A stretch of 64,000 bases of DNA from an uncultured Bordetella sp. (GTDB lineage Bacteria > Pseudomonadota > Gammaproteobacteria > Burkholderiales > SG8-39), in the NCBI GenBank assembly GCA_964599095.1, contig CAZREB010000014.1, forward strand, positions 64,033 to 128,032. Reading direction: 5' to 3'. Every line of letters starts with the position of its first letter. The stretch's first letter is position 1. A program made the position numbers and the translations under genes. This document shows positions 46,867 to 56,820 of the stretch, in pieces. Under the pieces are notes generated by a model, which saw only the letters and a list, made by a program, of their open reading frames with translations, was not told the DNA's origin and searched no databases.

Positions 46867-48357
46867 ATGACAATGCAAACCTCGTCCCACCTGCTCAGCC
46901 TGGCCATCTGGGTGCCGATCGCGGCGGGCGTGCTGGTGCTCGCAACCGGGAATGACCGGAACGCGGCAATGGCCCGGACGCTCGCGTTCGTCGGCGCGCT
47001 GTTCGGTTTTCTGGTCACGATCCCGCTCTACGCCGGGTTCAACGTCCAGTCGGCCGGCATGCAATTCGTCGAACTCAGCCCGTGGATCGCCCAGTTCAAC
47101 GTCAACTACCACCTCGGAGTGGACGGGATATCGGTGCTGTTCATCTTGTTGAACAGCTTCATCACCGTGCTGGTGGTGATCGCCGGCTGGACGGTCATCG
47201 AGAACCGCGTGGCGCAGTACTTCGCCTCGTTCCTGATGCTGTCGGGGATCATGAACGGGGTGTTCGCGGCGCTCGACGGCGTGTTGTTCTATGTGTTCTT
47301 CGAGGCCACGCTGATCCCGATGTTCATCATCATCGGCGTCTGGGGCGGCCCGAACCGGGTGTACGCGGCGCTCAAGTTCTTCCTCTACACGCTGCTCGGC
47401 TCGCTCTTGATGCTGGTCGCCGTGCTGTACCTGTACAGCAAGTCCGGCGGCAGCTTCTCGATCCTCGACTGGCACAAGCTGCCGCTCGCGCTGCCGGCGC
47501 AGAAGCTGCTCTTTTTCGCCTTCCTTTTGGCCTTTGCGGTCAAGGTGCCGATGTGGCCGGTGCACACCTGGCTGCCGGATGCGCACGTCGAGGCGCCCAC
47601 CGGCGGCTCGGTGGTGCTGGCGGCCATCATGCTGAAGCTCGGTGCGTACGGCTTCATCCGGTTCTCTCTGCCGATCCTGCCCGATGCGAGCCGCGATCTT
47701 GCCTGGTTCATGATCGCGCTGTCGCTGATCGCGGTGGTCTATATCGGGCTGGTGGCGCTGGTGCAGGCCGACATGAAGAAGCTGATTGCCTATTCGTCGA
47801 TCTCGCACATGGGGTTCGTCACCCTGGGCTTCTTCATCTTCAACCCGTACGGCGTCGAAGGCGCGCTGGTGCAGATGATCTCGCACGGATTCATCTCCGC
47901 GGCGATGTTCCTGTGCGTAGGAGTGATGTACGACCGGATGCACAGCCGGCAGATTGCCGACTACGGCGGGGTGGTGAACACGATGCCGAAGTTCGCTTCG
48001 TTCTTCATGCTGTTCGCGATGGCCAACTGCGGCCTGCCGGCTACCAGCGGGTTCGTCGGCGAGTTCATGGTGATCATGGGCGCGATGAAGGCCAGCTTCT
48101 GGATCGCGTTCGCCGCGGCCACCACGCTGGTCTTCGGCGCGGCATATACGCTGTGGATGTACAAGCGGGTCGTTTTCGGCGCGGTTGCCAACGATCACGT
48201 CGCGGCCCTGAAGGACCTCAATGGCCGCGAGTTCTTCGTCCTCTCCGCGCTTGCGGTTGCAGTCCTGTTCATGGGCATCTACCCGCTGCCTTTCACCGAA
48301 GTGATGCACGCTTCGGTGAATGACCTCCTGCGCCACGTGGCGCTTCCCAAGCTATGA
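46867..48357 (+). CDS. nuoM: NADH-quinone oxidoreductase subunit M
   Basis: [24 protein letters not shown] motif. Start at ATG 46867, after the nuoL stop. Confidence 0.95.
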   Translation: MTMQTSSHLLSLAIWVPIAAGVLVLATGNDRNAAMARTLAFVGALFGFLVTIPLYAGFNVQSAGMQFVELSPWIAQFNVNYHLGVDGISVLFILLNSFITVLVVIAGWTVIENRVAQYFASFLMLSGIMNGVFAALDGVLFYVFFEATLIPMFIIIGVWGGPNRVYAALKFFLYTLLGSLLMLVAVLYLYSKSGGSFSILDWHKLPLALPAQKLLFFAFLLAFAVKVPMWPVHTWLPDAHVEAPTGGSVVLAAIMLKLGAYGFIRFSLPILPDASRDLAWFMIALSLIAVVYIGLVALVQADMKKLIAYSSISHMGFVTLGFFIFNPYGVEGALVQMISHGFISAAMFLCVGVMYDRMHSRQIADYGGVVNTMPKFASFFMLFAMANCGLPATSGFVGEFMVIMGAMKASFWIAFAAATTLVFGAAYTLWMYKRVVFGAVANDHVAALKDLNGREFFVLSALAVAVLFMGIYPLPFTEVMHASVNDLLRHVALPKL

Positions 48358-49856
48358 CGCCGGTCCCGATTCCCAGCGCCTTCGTGATGCCGGATTTCCT
48401 GCCGGCATTGCCGGAAATCTTCCTGCTCGCCATGGCGTGCGTGGTCATGCTCGCGGACCTGTTCGTCAAGGACGAGCGGCGGACCCCGACCTACCTGCTC
48501 TCGCAGCTCGCGCTCGCGGGCAGTGCGGCGCTCACGTTGATGGTGATGATCGGCACGCAGGGCGCGTTGATGTACACGTTCAGCGGCCTGTTTGTCGCCG
48601 ACCTGATGTCGCATCTGCTCAAACTCGCGGCCTACATCGCAACCTCGGCTGCGCTTGTCTATTCGCGCCAGTACATGCTCGACCGGGGCCTGTTCAAGGG
48701 TGAGTTTTTCGCGTTGCTGCTTTTCTCGCTGCTCGGCGGCATGGTGCTGATGTCGGCCAACAGTTTCCTCACCGTTTACATGGGCCTGGAACTGCTGTCG
48801 CTGTGCCTTTACGCAATGGTGGCGCTGAACCGCGACTCCGCGGCCTCCACAGAGGCGGCGATGAAGTATTTCGTGCTCGGCGCGCTCGCCTCGGGGCTCT
48901 TGTTGTACGGCATGTCGATGATCTATGGCGCCACCGGGACGCTCACCATCACCGACGTCGCCAAGTCGATCGGCAGCGGGGCGCCGGACAAGACGATCCT
49001 CGTCTTCGGCTTGGTGTTCACGGTCTGCGGGCTGGCGTTCAAGCTGGGTGTCGCGCCTTTCCACATGTGGATTCCCGACGTCTACCACGGGGCGCCCACC
49101 GCGGTGACGCTCGTGATCGGCACTGCCCCCAAACTGGCGGCGTTCGCAATGGCGATGCGCCTGCTGGTCAACGGCATGCTCGATCTCGCCGCCGACTGGC
49201 AGCAGATGCTGGCCCTCATGGCGGTGCTGTCGATGGCGATCGGGAACATCACCGCGATTGCGCAGACAAATCTCAAGCGCATGCTCGCGTACTCGACGAT
49301 CTCGCATATGGGCTTCCTGTTGGTCGGGATGCTGTCGGGCGTCGTCGGCGGGAACTGGCGCAACGCGCCGGACGCTTACAGCGCGGCGATGTTCTACGTA
49401 GTGGTCTACGTTCTGATGAGTCTAGGCGCGTTCGGCATGCTGCTTTTCCTGTCGCGCGCCGGGTTCGAGTGCGAGCGGCTCGACGACCTCAAGGGCCTCA
49501 ACCGGCGCAGTCCGTGGTACGCGTTCATCATGCTTGTGCTGATGTTCTCGCTGGCCGGCCTGCCGCCGACCGCGGGATTCTTCGCGAAATATGCGGTGCT
49601 TTCGGCGGCGGTGGCGGCGCACCAGGTGTGGCTCGCGGTCGTGGCGGTGCTGTTCTCGCTGATCGGCGCCTACTTCTACCTGCGAATCGTAAAGCTCATG
49701 TATTTCGACGAACCCGACGAATCCGTGCCCGGCGTGGTCGAAGGCCCGGGCGAGATGCGCCTGCTGCTCTCGGTAAACGGCCTCGCGCTGCTGGCGCTGG
49801 GCATCCTGCCGCAGCCGCTCTTCGCGCTCTGCATGCTCGCCATCAAGTCGCTCTGA
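48354..49856 (+). CDS. nuoN: NADH-quinone oxidoreductase subunit N
   Basis: [21 protein letters not shown] motif. It overlaps the nuoM stop. Confidence 0.95.
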   Translation: MTPVPIPSAFVMPDFLPALPEIFLLAMACVVMLADLFVKDERRTPTYLLSQLALAGSAALTLMVMIGTQGALMYTFSGLFVADLMSHLLKLAAYIATSAALVYSRQYMLDRGLFKGEFFALLLFSLLGGMVLMSANSFLTVYMGLELLSLCLYAMVALNRDSAASTEAAMKYFVLGALASGLLLYGMSMIYGATGTLTITDVAKSIGSGAPDKTILVFGLVFTVCGLAFKLGVAPFHMWIPDVYHGAPTAVTLVIGTAPKLAAFAMAMRLLVNGMLDLAADWQQMLALMAVLSMAIGNITAIAQTNLKRMLAYSTISHMGFLLVGMLSGVVGGNWRNAPDAYSAAMFYVVVYVLMSLGAFGMLLFLSRAGFECERLDDLKGLNRRSPWYAFIMLVLMFSLAGLPPTAGFFAKYAVLSAAVAAHQVWLAVVAVLFSLIGAYFYLRIVKLMYFDEPDESVPGVVEGPGEMRLLLSVNGLALLALGILPQPLFALCMLAIKSL

Positions 49857-49878
49857 CGGGCGATTCGTCGCGGCGGGG

Positions 49879-50415
49879 GTGCGGATGGCCAAGCAGGATC
49901 TGATCGAGCATTTCGTCAGCGGCGAGTCGGTCTTCGCCGGCAGGCTGCTCGACGTCCGCAGGGATACGGTGCGCATGCCCGACGGCACACAGGCGACCCG
50001 GGAGTACATCCGCCATCCGGGCGCGGTCGCGATCCTCCCGTTTACCGGCACCGGCAGCGTCGTCCTCGAGCGGCAGTTCCGCTACCCGCTGGGGCGCGAA
50101 TTCCTCGAGATTCCGGCGGGCAAGATCGAGCCCGGCGAGGCCCAGCTGGAAACCGCCAGGCGCGAGCTCCTCGAGGAGACCGGCTATCTTGCTTCGGAGT
50201 GGCAGCGGCTCACGACCCTCCACAACGCGATCGGCTATTCGGACGAGGCGATCGAGCTCTACGCCGCGCGTGGACTGGAAAAGGGCAGGCAGGACCTCGA
50301 CGAAGAGGAGTTCATCGAGGTCGTCGAGTTGCCGCTGGCCGAGGCGATTGCAATGGTCCGCGACGGCCGGATCACCGACGTGAAGACAATGGTCGCGCTG
50401 CTCTGGATGGCCTGA
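49879..50415 (+). CDS. NUDIX hydrolase (ADP-ribose pyrophosphatase-like)
   Basis: Nudix box GKIEPGEAQLETARRELLEETGY, in the conserved position after nuoN. Confidence 0.85.
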   Translation: MRMAKQDLIEHFVSGESVFAGRLLDVRRDTVRMPDGTQATREYIRHPGAVAILPFTGTGSVVLERQFRYPLGREFLEIPAGKIEPGEAQLETARRELLEETGYLASEWQRLTTLHNAIGYSDEAIELYAARGLEKGRQDLDEEEFIEVVELPLAEAIAMVRDGRITDVKTMVALLWMA

Positions 50416-50479
50416 AAAAGGGGCCAGGCTCAAACCTGACAACGGCGCGCCGTTGTCAGGTTTGAGCCTGGCCCCTTTT
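50416..50479. terminator. bidirectional intrinsic terminator: 64-bp perfect palindrome between convergent genes
   Basis: AAAAGGGGCCAGGCTCAAACCTGACAACGGCG (50416-50447) is followed directly by its exact reverse complement (50448-50479). The A4/T4 flanks give a U-tract in both directions. It overlaps the TauD-family gene stop codon. Confidence 0.8.
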
Positions 50480-51359
50480 AAGCCGCCTGCTCGAGGGTGG
50501 GGGCCGAGTCGGACAGCGTCACGCGGCGCATGTCGCGGGGGTAGAGCCTGTCGTCGTAAGGCCGGCCGCGATGCATGGTGCAGCGGTTGTCCCACACCAC
50601 CAGGTCGTTCACCGTCCAGCGGTGCCGGTAGACGAATTCGCGCTGCGTGGCGTGCTCGATGAGATCGCGGATGAGCGCCATCGCCTCGGGCACCGGCCAG
50701 CCTTCGATCCTGCCGATGTGCGCCGAAAGGAACAGGCACAGGCGGCCTGACCCTGCGTGCCGGCGCACCAGCCGCTGCCGAACCGGCGCGAACTGCCGGC
50801 GCTCCTCTTCGTTGAACCCGCTGAACCCGAGCAGCGCCCGGCTGTAGAGCAGCGAATGCTCGCAGACCAGGTCCCGCACCTTGTCCTGCGTCTTCCCGGG
50901 GAGCGCATCCCAGGCTGCGCGCATGTCGGCGAACTCGGTCTCGCCGCCCTCCGGCGGGATCAGCCGTGCGTGCAGCATCGAATACTTGGCCGGCGTGGCC
51001 TTGAAGCTGCTGTCGCTGTGCCAGAGCCGGTTGCCGAGGTTGAACATTCGCCGCCGGTCGTCGGTGCCGAGAATCCTGCCGTTCTCGTCGAGGTTGGAGA
51101 TGTCGTTCATCAACGGGTCGGCGAGGCGCTGCTTGCCCACGTCGACGGTCGCGCGCGTCTGCTCGATCGGGCCGAAATTCCGGCCGAACGCCATCTGCTG
51201 TTCGTCGTCGATCTGCTGCCCCGGGAAGACGAGCACCGCGTGCCTGTCCATTGCGGCCTCGATCTGCGCAGCTTCGTCGCGGTCCAAAGGCCGGCTCAGG
51301 TCGACCCCCTCCGCGCGCGCGCCGATGAGCGGGTGCAGGGAGGTGATGCGGAGCGCCAT
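50478..51359 (-). CDS. TauD/TfdA-family Fe(II)/2-oxoglutarate-dependent dioxygenase
   Basis: Starts MALRITSLHP. WHSDSSF (H-x-D facial triad), later VVWDNRCTMHRG (distal His plus the 2OG Arg). Only the last 293 codons of ORF 50478-52076 are used. Confidence 0.85.
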   Translation of the reverse strand: MALRITSLHPLIGARAEGVDLSRPLDRDEAAQIEAAMDRHAVLVFPGQQIDDEQQMAFGRNFGPIEQTRATVDVGKQRLADPLMNDISNLDENGRILGTDDRRRMFNLGNRLWHSDSSFKATPAKYSMLHARLIPPEGGETEFADMRAAWDALPGKTQDKVRDLVCEHSLLYSRALLGFSGFNEEERRQFAPVRQRLVRRHAGSGRLCLFLSAHIGRIEGWPVPEAMALIRDLIEHATQREFVYRHRWTVNDLVVWDNRCTMHRGRPYDDRLYPRDMRRVTLSDSAPTLEQAA

Positions 51360-51376
51360 GTCGCCTTGCGCCGGGA

Positions 51377-52342
51377 CTATTGCATGCCGACCCGGCCGGC
51401 GCGGATCACCTCGCCCCAGCGCTTGCGATCGGTTTCGAGCCTGGTTGCGAACGCCGCCGGTCCTTCGTAGTACGGCGTAAAGCCGGCGTCTTGCAGCCGC
51501 TTTTGGAACATCGCGTCCTGCATCGCCTTGCGGATCGATTCGTCCCAGCGCGTGATTGCCTCGGCGGGCATCGCCTTCGGTCCGCAGATTCCGAACCAAC
51601 CGGTGATCTCGAACCCCGGGACGGTATCGGCGATCCGCGGAAGGTCCGGGAACAGCGGGAATTTCGACGGGTCGCCCTGCGCGAGCAGGCGCAACTGGCC
51701 GGCCTGCACCTGGCGGCCGACGTCGCCCAGGTTGGTGATCATGAAGTCGATCCGACCTGCGATCACGTCTACCGCGGCCGGCGCAGAGCCCTTGTAAGCG
51801 ATGTGCTGCATCCTGAGGTTGGCCAGCCGCATCAGCAATTCGCCGGAAAGATGCTGCGCGGAGCCCGGCCCGGGACTTGCAAATGTGATCTGCCCTGGTC
51901 GCGCGCGGGCGGCCGAGACGATGTCGGCCATGTTCTGGTAAGGGCTGGGTGCCGCAACCACAAGGCCGTATGAGGACAACGCCATGTTTGAAATCGGCAC
52001 CAGCTCGACGCCCGGGTCGACCGGCACCGTCGCGCCGGTCAACTGCGGCGTAATCGACATGGAACTCATCGGGCACTGGAAGACCGAGTACCCGTCGGCC
52101 GGCGCCCGAACGACGACTTCGGCGGCAAGGATGCCGTTCAGGCCCGGCCGGTTCTCGACCAGGATCCGCTGCCCGAGCGCCGGCGAAGCGGCGTCGGCGA
52201 TCAAACGAGCGATCAGGTCGCTGGCCCCGCCCGCGGCGTAGCCGACGAGGATGCGCGGCGGTTTTTCGGGAAAGGCCGCCGTCGCGGCGCCGGCGGCGAG
52301 TGCCAGCGCTGCGGCGGTGAGGGACAGGGCAAGCTTGCGCAT
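51377..52342 (-). CDS. Bug-family (TctC-like) tripartite tricarboxylate transporter substrate-binding protein
   Basis: Signal peptide MRKLALSLTAAALALAAGAATA, FPEKPPRILVGYAAGGASD and YKGSAPA motifs typical of Bug proteins. No tctA/tctB genes are adjacent. Confidence 0.85.
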   Translation of the reverse strand: MRKLALSLTAAALALAAGAATAAFPEKPPRILVGYAAGGASDLIARLIADAASPALGQRILVENRPGLNGILAAEVVVRAPADGYSVFQCPMSSMSITPQLTGATVPVDPGVELVPISNMALSSYGLVVAAPSPYQNMADIVSAARARPGQITFASPGPGSAQHLSGELLMRLANLRMQHIAYKGSAPAAVDVIAGRIDFMITNLGDVGRQVQAGQLRLLAQGDPSKFPLFPDLPRIADTVPGFEITGWFGICGPKAMPAEAITRWDESIRKAMQDAMFQKRLQDAGFTPYYEGPAAFATRLETDRKRWGEVIRAGRVGMQ

Positions 52343-52537
52343 GGCTTCGTTCCTCCTCAAGGCGACCGGCAGAAGGCCGGGGTGCGGCCGCACGGCAAGT
52401 CAGGCGCGGCTTCGGCCGGCGGCTCCCTGCGCCGTAAATCCAAAAGATTCAAATCACTGGATTCAATGCCGGCGCGCCTTCCGGGCCGATCGCCATGCGT
52501 ATTTTGACAATCGGCGCGGCGGCGCGGTCCGGCGGCC

Positions 52538-53068
52538 TCAACCCGCCCGTATGACCCCGCAGGCGATCCGGGCGCCTGCATTGCCGGTGGGCTGCGTCCT
52601 GAAGTCGTCCGGGTCCGCATGCACTATCAGGCCGCGCCCGACGATGCTGGCGGGACCGGGGCTGACGGTGATCACATCGACCATCGCGTCCACCTTGGCG
52701 CGGCCTGACTTGTCGGCCTTGAGCGATGGCAGGTCGCCCGCATGTCGCTGGGCGCTGGCATGGCCGGCATGTGGCATCCCGAACGGGTTGAAGTGGCCCT
52801 TGGTGCTCATGCCGTCCCCCGAACTGCAGTCGCCGACCTCGTGGATGTGCAACCCGTGCTCCGAACCGGGCTTGAGGCCCTGGACGTAGATCACCACGTG
52901 GACCTTGCCGTCGACTTCCTCGAACGTAGCTTCGCCGAAGGTCTTGCTTCCCTTGGTCGGCTTCAACTGCGCGTTCGCCCGCTCGGGTTCGGTCGGCACG
53001 CTCTGGCAGGCGGCCAGGAGCGAAAGCGCGCTGGCGATGGCAATGCCGGTCTTGAGTCTAAGTGTCAT
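52538..53068 (-). CDS. sodC: Cu,Zn superoxide dismutase, lipoprotein form
   Basis: Lipobox LLAAC. GLHIHEVGDC, GHFNP, HAGDLP and GNAGARIACGVI motifs. Confidence 0.9.
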   Translation of the reverse strand: MTLRLKTGIAIASALSLLAACQSVPTEPERANAQLKPTKGSKTFGEATFEEVDGKVHVVIYVQGLKPGSEHGLHIHEVGDCSSGDGMSTKGHFNPFGMPHAGHASAQRHAGDLPSLKADKSGRAKVDAMVDVITVSPGPASIVGRGLIVHADPDDFRTQPTGNAGARIACGVIRAG

Positions 53069-53283
53069 TTTTCTGATCCCTCCTCGTTGTGCGAATGTAC
53101 CCGTATCCGCTTCGGCGCGGAAGATGGGCGCACAGACCGTCCATCCGATGCTGCAACGCGCCGCCCGAACGCGCTTGACGCTCCATTGGCGTTGGGATAC
53201 GGTCGCTCGCGTTCGACGCAATATCGCGCAGGCCAATGCAGCCGGCGCGAAAACGAGGCAATCACCTTCCAAGGAGGAGGCAA

Positions 53284-54426
53284 ATGAATCGATTCCAGAC
53301 CCGCACTGGCATGGTCGCCACTGCGGCCGCCGTTGCGGTCGGCGCGCTGGTCGCAACCCTTGCGGTGCCGGGCAAGGTGGCCCATGCGCAGCCGGCGCCC
53401 AAGCCGGTCGTGCTCCGTTTCGCCGCCGACTTCTCGCCGCCGCCGCACCCTGCAGGAATGGCGATGGCCTACTTCCAGGAACGCCTTCCGAAGGTGATCC
53501 CCGGCAGCGAGGCCCGCATCTACTACGCCGGCGCGCTCTACACGATCCCGGAAGCGTTCGAGGCGATGCGCCAGGGCAACCTGGAAATGGCCTGGATGCA
53601 GATCGGCAAGGCGGCGCCGGTCGACCCGTGGATGATGACCATGGGCGGCCCGGGCGTGATGACCACGGTCGGGGCGGTCGATTCGCTGGAAAAGACCAAG
53701 ACTTACCAGATGCTCGTGGAGCGGCTGGCGAAGAACCAGGCGATCAAGGTGTTCGGCGCCGCGCAGATGAGTTTCGGCATGGGGGTCGGCGGCAAGAAGC
53801 GCTACCTGTCGCCGGCCGACTATGCGGGCCGCAAGGTGCGCAGCATGGGCCCCGTGGAGAATTCGGCCCTTTCCGCGTGGAAGGCGAATCCCGTGGTCAT
53901 GTCGTTCGGCGAAGTGCCGACGGCCCTCGAATCGGGCGTCATCGACGGCCTGATGACCAGCATCGGCGGCTGGCTCGCGGTGCGCGAGCAGGCACCGTTC
54001 TATACCACAGGCGGCGCGGGCGTTTTTACCGGGGACTATTACTTCGTGGCTGCGAGCCGGCGCTGGTGGGACCGGCTGCCGCCGCCGACGCAGAAGCTCC
54101 TTGAAGGCCTGATCGCCGACACCATCAGGATCCAGAAGGAATACAACTGGTGCGTCGACAAGCTGACCTATGACAAGTACGGGACCAAGGACCCCTCCAA
54201 GCCCGGTGTCTACTGGCTCAGCCCGCAGGAAGCCACGGCGATGACTTCAGCGGTGGGCGATGCGACCGGGCAGTACGTGAAGAGCAAAGTCCCTGCCGAC
54301 GCGCGTCCGTGGGTCGAGACGTTCGCGAAAGAGGGCAGGGAACTCTCCAAGGCGAATCCCCCGGGGTCGTCCTGGATCGAGAAGATCGACTGCTCCAAGC
54401 ACGCCGCAAAGATCCACATCAAGTAG
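53284..54426 (+). CDS. TRAP transporter substrate-binding protein (DctP family)
   Basis: RBS AGGAGGAGG, signal peptide, 380 aa, followed by the small and large TRAP permease genes. Confidence 0.8.
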   Translation: MNRFQTRTGMVATAAAVAVGALVATLAVPGKVAHAQPAPKPVVLRFAADFSPPPHPAGMAMAYFQERLPKVIPGSEARIYYAGALYTIPEAFEAMRQGNLEMAWMQIGKAAPVDPWMMTMGGPGVMTTVGAVDSLEKTKTYQMLVERLAKNQAIKVFGAAQMSFGMGVGGKKRYLSPADYAGRKVRSMGPVENSALSAWKANPVVMSFGEVPTALESGVIDGLMTSIGGWLAVREQAPFYTTGGAGVFTGDYYFVAASRRWWDRLPPPTQKLLEGLIADTIRIQKEYNWCVDKLTYDKYGTKDPSKPGVYWLSPQEATAMTSAVGDATGQYVKSKVPADARPWVETFAKEGRELSKANPPGSSWIEKIDCSKHAAKIHIK

Positions 54427-54438
54427 CGCGGCCGGCAC

Positions 54439-54987
54439 TTGGAGAAAGCGTATTCGATCTGGCGCGCGTTCCAGGACCGGGTCCTGGCGCGCGCGGCGGC
54501 GCTGGTGCTGCTCGGCTGCACGCTGCTCGCGGTGCTCGAAGTGATCCGGCGCTATGTTTTCGGGGTTTCGTTCGAGTGGCAGCAGGACGCCGTCACGCTG
54601 TTCATCCTCGGATCGGTGTTCGTGTACTTCGGCATCGCGCAGCGCCGCGAGGCGCACCTCAACGTGAACCTCCTGTTCGCCGTCCTCGAGACTTTCGGGC
54701 CCAAGGGCCGCCGGGCGGTGGAGTACGTCAAGGTTTTCGCGACCATCGTCTCGTTCGTGTTCATGGTGGCGGTGGTGTACTGGGGAATCCCGGACGTGCA
54801 TGACAGCATGGAATACGCCAGCCGCAGCGAAAGCCTGGCGTTCCCGATGTGGCCGTTCGTGGCGGCGTTGCTGGTCGGCTTTTCCTTCATGGCGGTCTCG
54901 CTGTTCTTCCAGGTCTATCGCGGCGTGCAGCATCTGCGCGGGATCAGGGTGCTCGACGAACCGGCGGACGAGACCGCGCTGCACTGA
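54439..54987 (+). CDS. TRAP transporter small permease (DctQ family)
   Basis: 182 aa with 4 TM and a TTG start. It lies between the DctP-like and DctM-like genes. Confidence 0.75.
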   Translation: MEKAYSIWRAFQDRVLARAAALVLLGCTLLAVLEVIRRYVFGVSFEWQQDAVTLFILGSVFVYFGIAQRREAHLNVNLLFAVLETFGPKGRRAVEYVKVFATIVSFVFMVAVVYWGIPDVHDSMEYASRSESLAFPMWPFVAALLVGFSFMAVSLFFQVYRGVQHLRGIRVLDEPADETALH

Positions 54988-55023
54988 ACCGCCGCAGCGC
55001 GCAAGAAAACCGGAGGCAAACGA

Positions 55024-56307
55024 ATGGCGATTGTAGGGATCGTGGTCCTGCTGTTGCTCGTGCTGAGCGTGCCGATCGGCATCGCACTCAGCGCCTCGGC
55101 CGCCGCCTACATCATGACCGACCCGCTGCTCGGGCCCGAGGTCGTGTTTCGCGCCTTCTTCAATTTCATCAACCGCTACACGTTGATGGCGATCCCGCTG
55201 TTCATCTACACCGGGTACCTGATGGAGAAGACCGGCCTGATCGCGCAGCTGTTCCGGTTCGCCGATACCCTCGTCGGCTGGCTGCCGGGCGGGTTCGGGA
55301 TCGCAACCGTGCTGGCCTGCGTGTTGTTCGCCGCCATATCGGGTTCGAGCGTCGCGATGGCTGCGGCAATGAGCGTGATCGCAGTGCCGGAGATGCTCAA
55401 GCGCGGCTACCCGCCCTACGTGGCGGCCGGATTGGTGGCCACCAGCGGCGGGATCGCGATCCTGATACCGCCGAGCATCCCGCTGATCCTCTACGGCGTG
55501 GTGACCGAGACCTCGGTGGTGCGCCTGTTCTTCGCGGGCGTGATCCCGGGGCTGCTGCTCGCGCTCGCGAACATCGCCACGATCGTCGTGCTCGCCTACT
55601 ACCTCAAGCTGCCGCGCGGCAGGTTCGACGCGGGCCGGATCCTGCCCGCCACGCTTGGCGCATTGCCCGGCTTCGGCATGCCGGTCGTCATCCTTGGCGG
55701 ACTGTACGGAGGACTGTTCACGCCCACCGAGGCCGCTGCTGCGGCTTGCGGCTACGCCCTGCTTTACGGCTTGATCACGAGGCGCGGCGAGTTCGTCAGG
55801 GAACTGCTGCCCACGACCATGCGCGCGCTGAGCCTGACTGCGGTCGTGCTCTTCCTGGTCGGGAGCGTGGGCGTCTTCCAGTTCCTGGCGGCGAACCTTT
55901 ACTGGCCGCAGACCATCAGCAAGATCATGACCGGCTGGGGCCTGACCCCGATGGGATTCATCCTGGCCTTCATCGCGGTCGAAATGATCCTCGGCTGCTT
56001 CGTCGACGGGGTGGCGATGATCCTGCTGACCGTGCCGGTGCTGTTCCCGGTGGCGATGGCCCTCAAGATCGACCCGGTCCACCTCGCCATCATCCTGACG
56101 CTGACGGTGGAGATGAGCCTGGTGACGCCGCCCGTGGGCCTCAACCTGTTCGCGGTCAGCGGCGTGTCGAAGATCCCGGTGTCGGAAGTCGTGAGGGGGT
56201 CGGTGCCGTTCTTCCTCACCGATGCCCTCGTGCTGGTCGCCGTCGTGGTCTTCCCCGGCCTCGCGACCTGGCTGCCGGATCAGCTGGTGGTGAACGTCTT
56301 CAAATAG
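55024..56307 (+). CDS. TRAP transporter large permease (DctM family)
   Basis: 427 aa with about 12 TM and typical DctM segments (LFAAISGSSVA, IPPSIPLILYG). Confidence 0.9.
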   Translation: MAIVGIVVLLLLVLSVPIGIALSASAAAYIMTDPLLGPEVVFRAFFNFINRYTLMAIPLFIYTGYLMEKTGLIAQLFRFADTLVGWLPGGFGIATVLACVLFAAISGSSVAMAAAMSVIAVPEMLKRGYPPYVAAGLVATSGGIAILIPPSIPLILYGVVTETSVVRLFFAGVIPGLLLALANIATIVVLAYYLKLPRGRFDAGRILPATLGALPGFGMPVVILGGLYGGLFTPTEAAAAACGYALLYGLITRRGEFVRELLPTTMRALSLTAVVLFLVGSVGVFQFLAANLYWPQTISKIMTGWGLTPMGFILAFIAVEMILGCFVDGVAMILLTVPVLFPVAMALKIDPVHLAIILTLTVEMSLVTPPVGLNLFAVSGVSKIPVSEVVRGSVPFFLTDALVLVAVVVFPGLATWLPDQLVVNVFK

Positions 56308-56318
56308 CCTGTACCGGT

Positions 56319-56765
56319 TCAGGCCGCCGGCCGGGAGGCCACGAGGATCTTGCCGTCGGCCTCCACCGTGACCGCGCCTGCCTGGTTCGTGCACACGCAG
56401 GCCATCACGACGATGCCGCCCTTGTGCCTGGGCTTGTCGAGCAGCTCGGTGACGGTCCATTGCGTGGCCAGGCTGTCGCCCGGCCTGACCGGCGCCTTGA
56501 ACCGGCACGCGTGCTCGATGTAGGCGATTGCGGTGCCGGCAAAGTACATCCCGACCGGCGAGGAGACGAGCGCGCTGGTGAAGGGCCCATGCAGGATCCG
56601 CGTGCCGAACATCGACTGTTTCGCAAATTCCTCGTCGACGTGGAGAGGGTTGAAGTCGCCGAAAAGGCCCGCGCCGAGGACCAGGTGAGACTCGGTGACC
56701 GTAAGGCGGGTCCCGAAGGTATCTCCGACCGAAACTTCGTCGTACCACTTGCCGTGAAAGACCAT
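56319..56765 (-). CDS. MaoC-like (R)-specific enoyl-CoA hydratase / hot-dog fold protein
   Basis: 148 aa with GDFNPLHVDEEFA (hydratase 2 motif [YF]-x-x-x-[LVIG]-[ST]-G-D-x-N-P-[LI]-H). Confidence 0.85.
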   Translation of the reverse strand: MVFHGKWYDEVSVGDTFGTRLTVTESHLVLGAGLFGDFNPLHVDEEFAKQSMFGTRILHGPFTSALVSSPVGMYFAGTAIAYIEHACRFKAPVRPGDSLATQWTVTELLDKPRHKGGIVVMACVCTNQAGAVTVEADGKILVASRPAA

Positions 56766-56820
56766 GTTTCCCTCCAGTGCGCGGGATTGTAGACTGGCGC
56801 CAACCCAAAGGAGTGAACGC

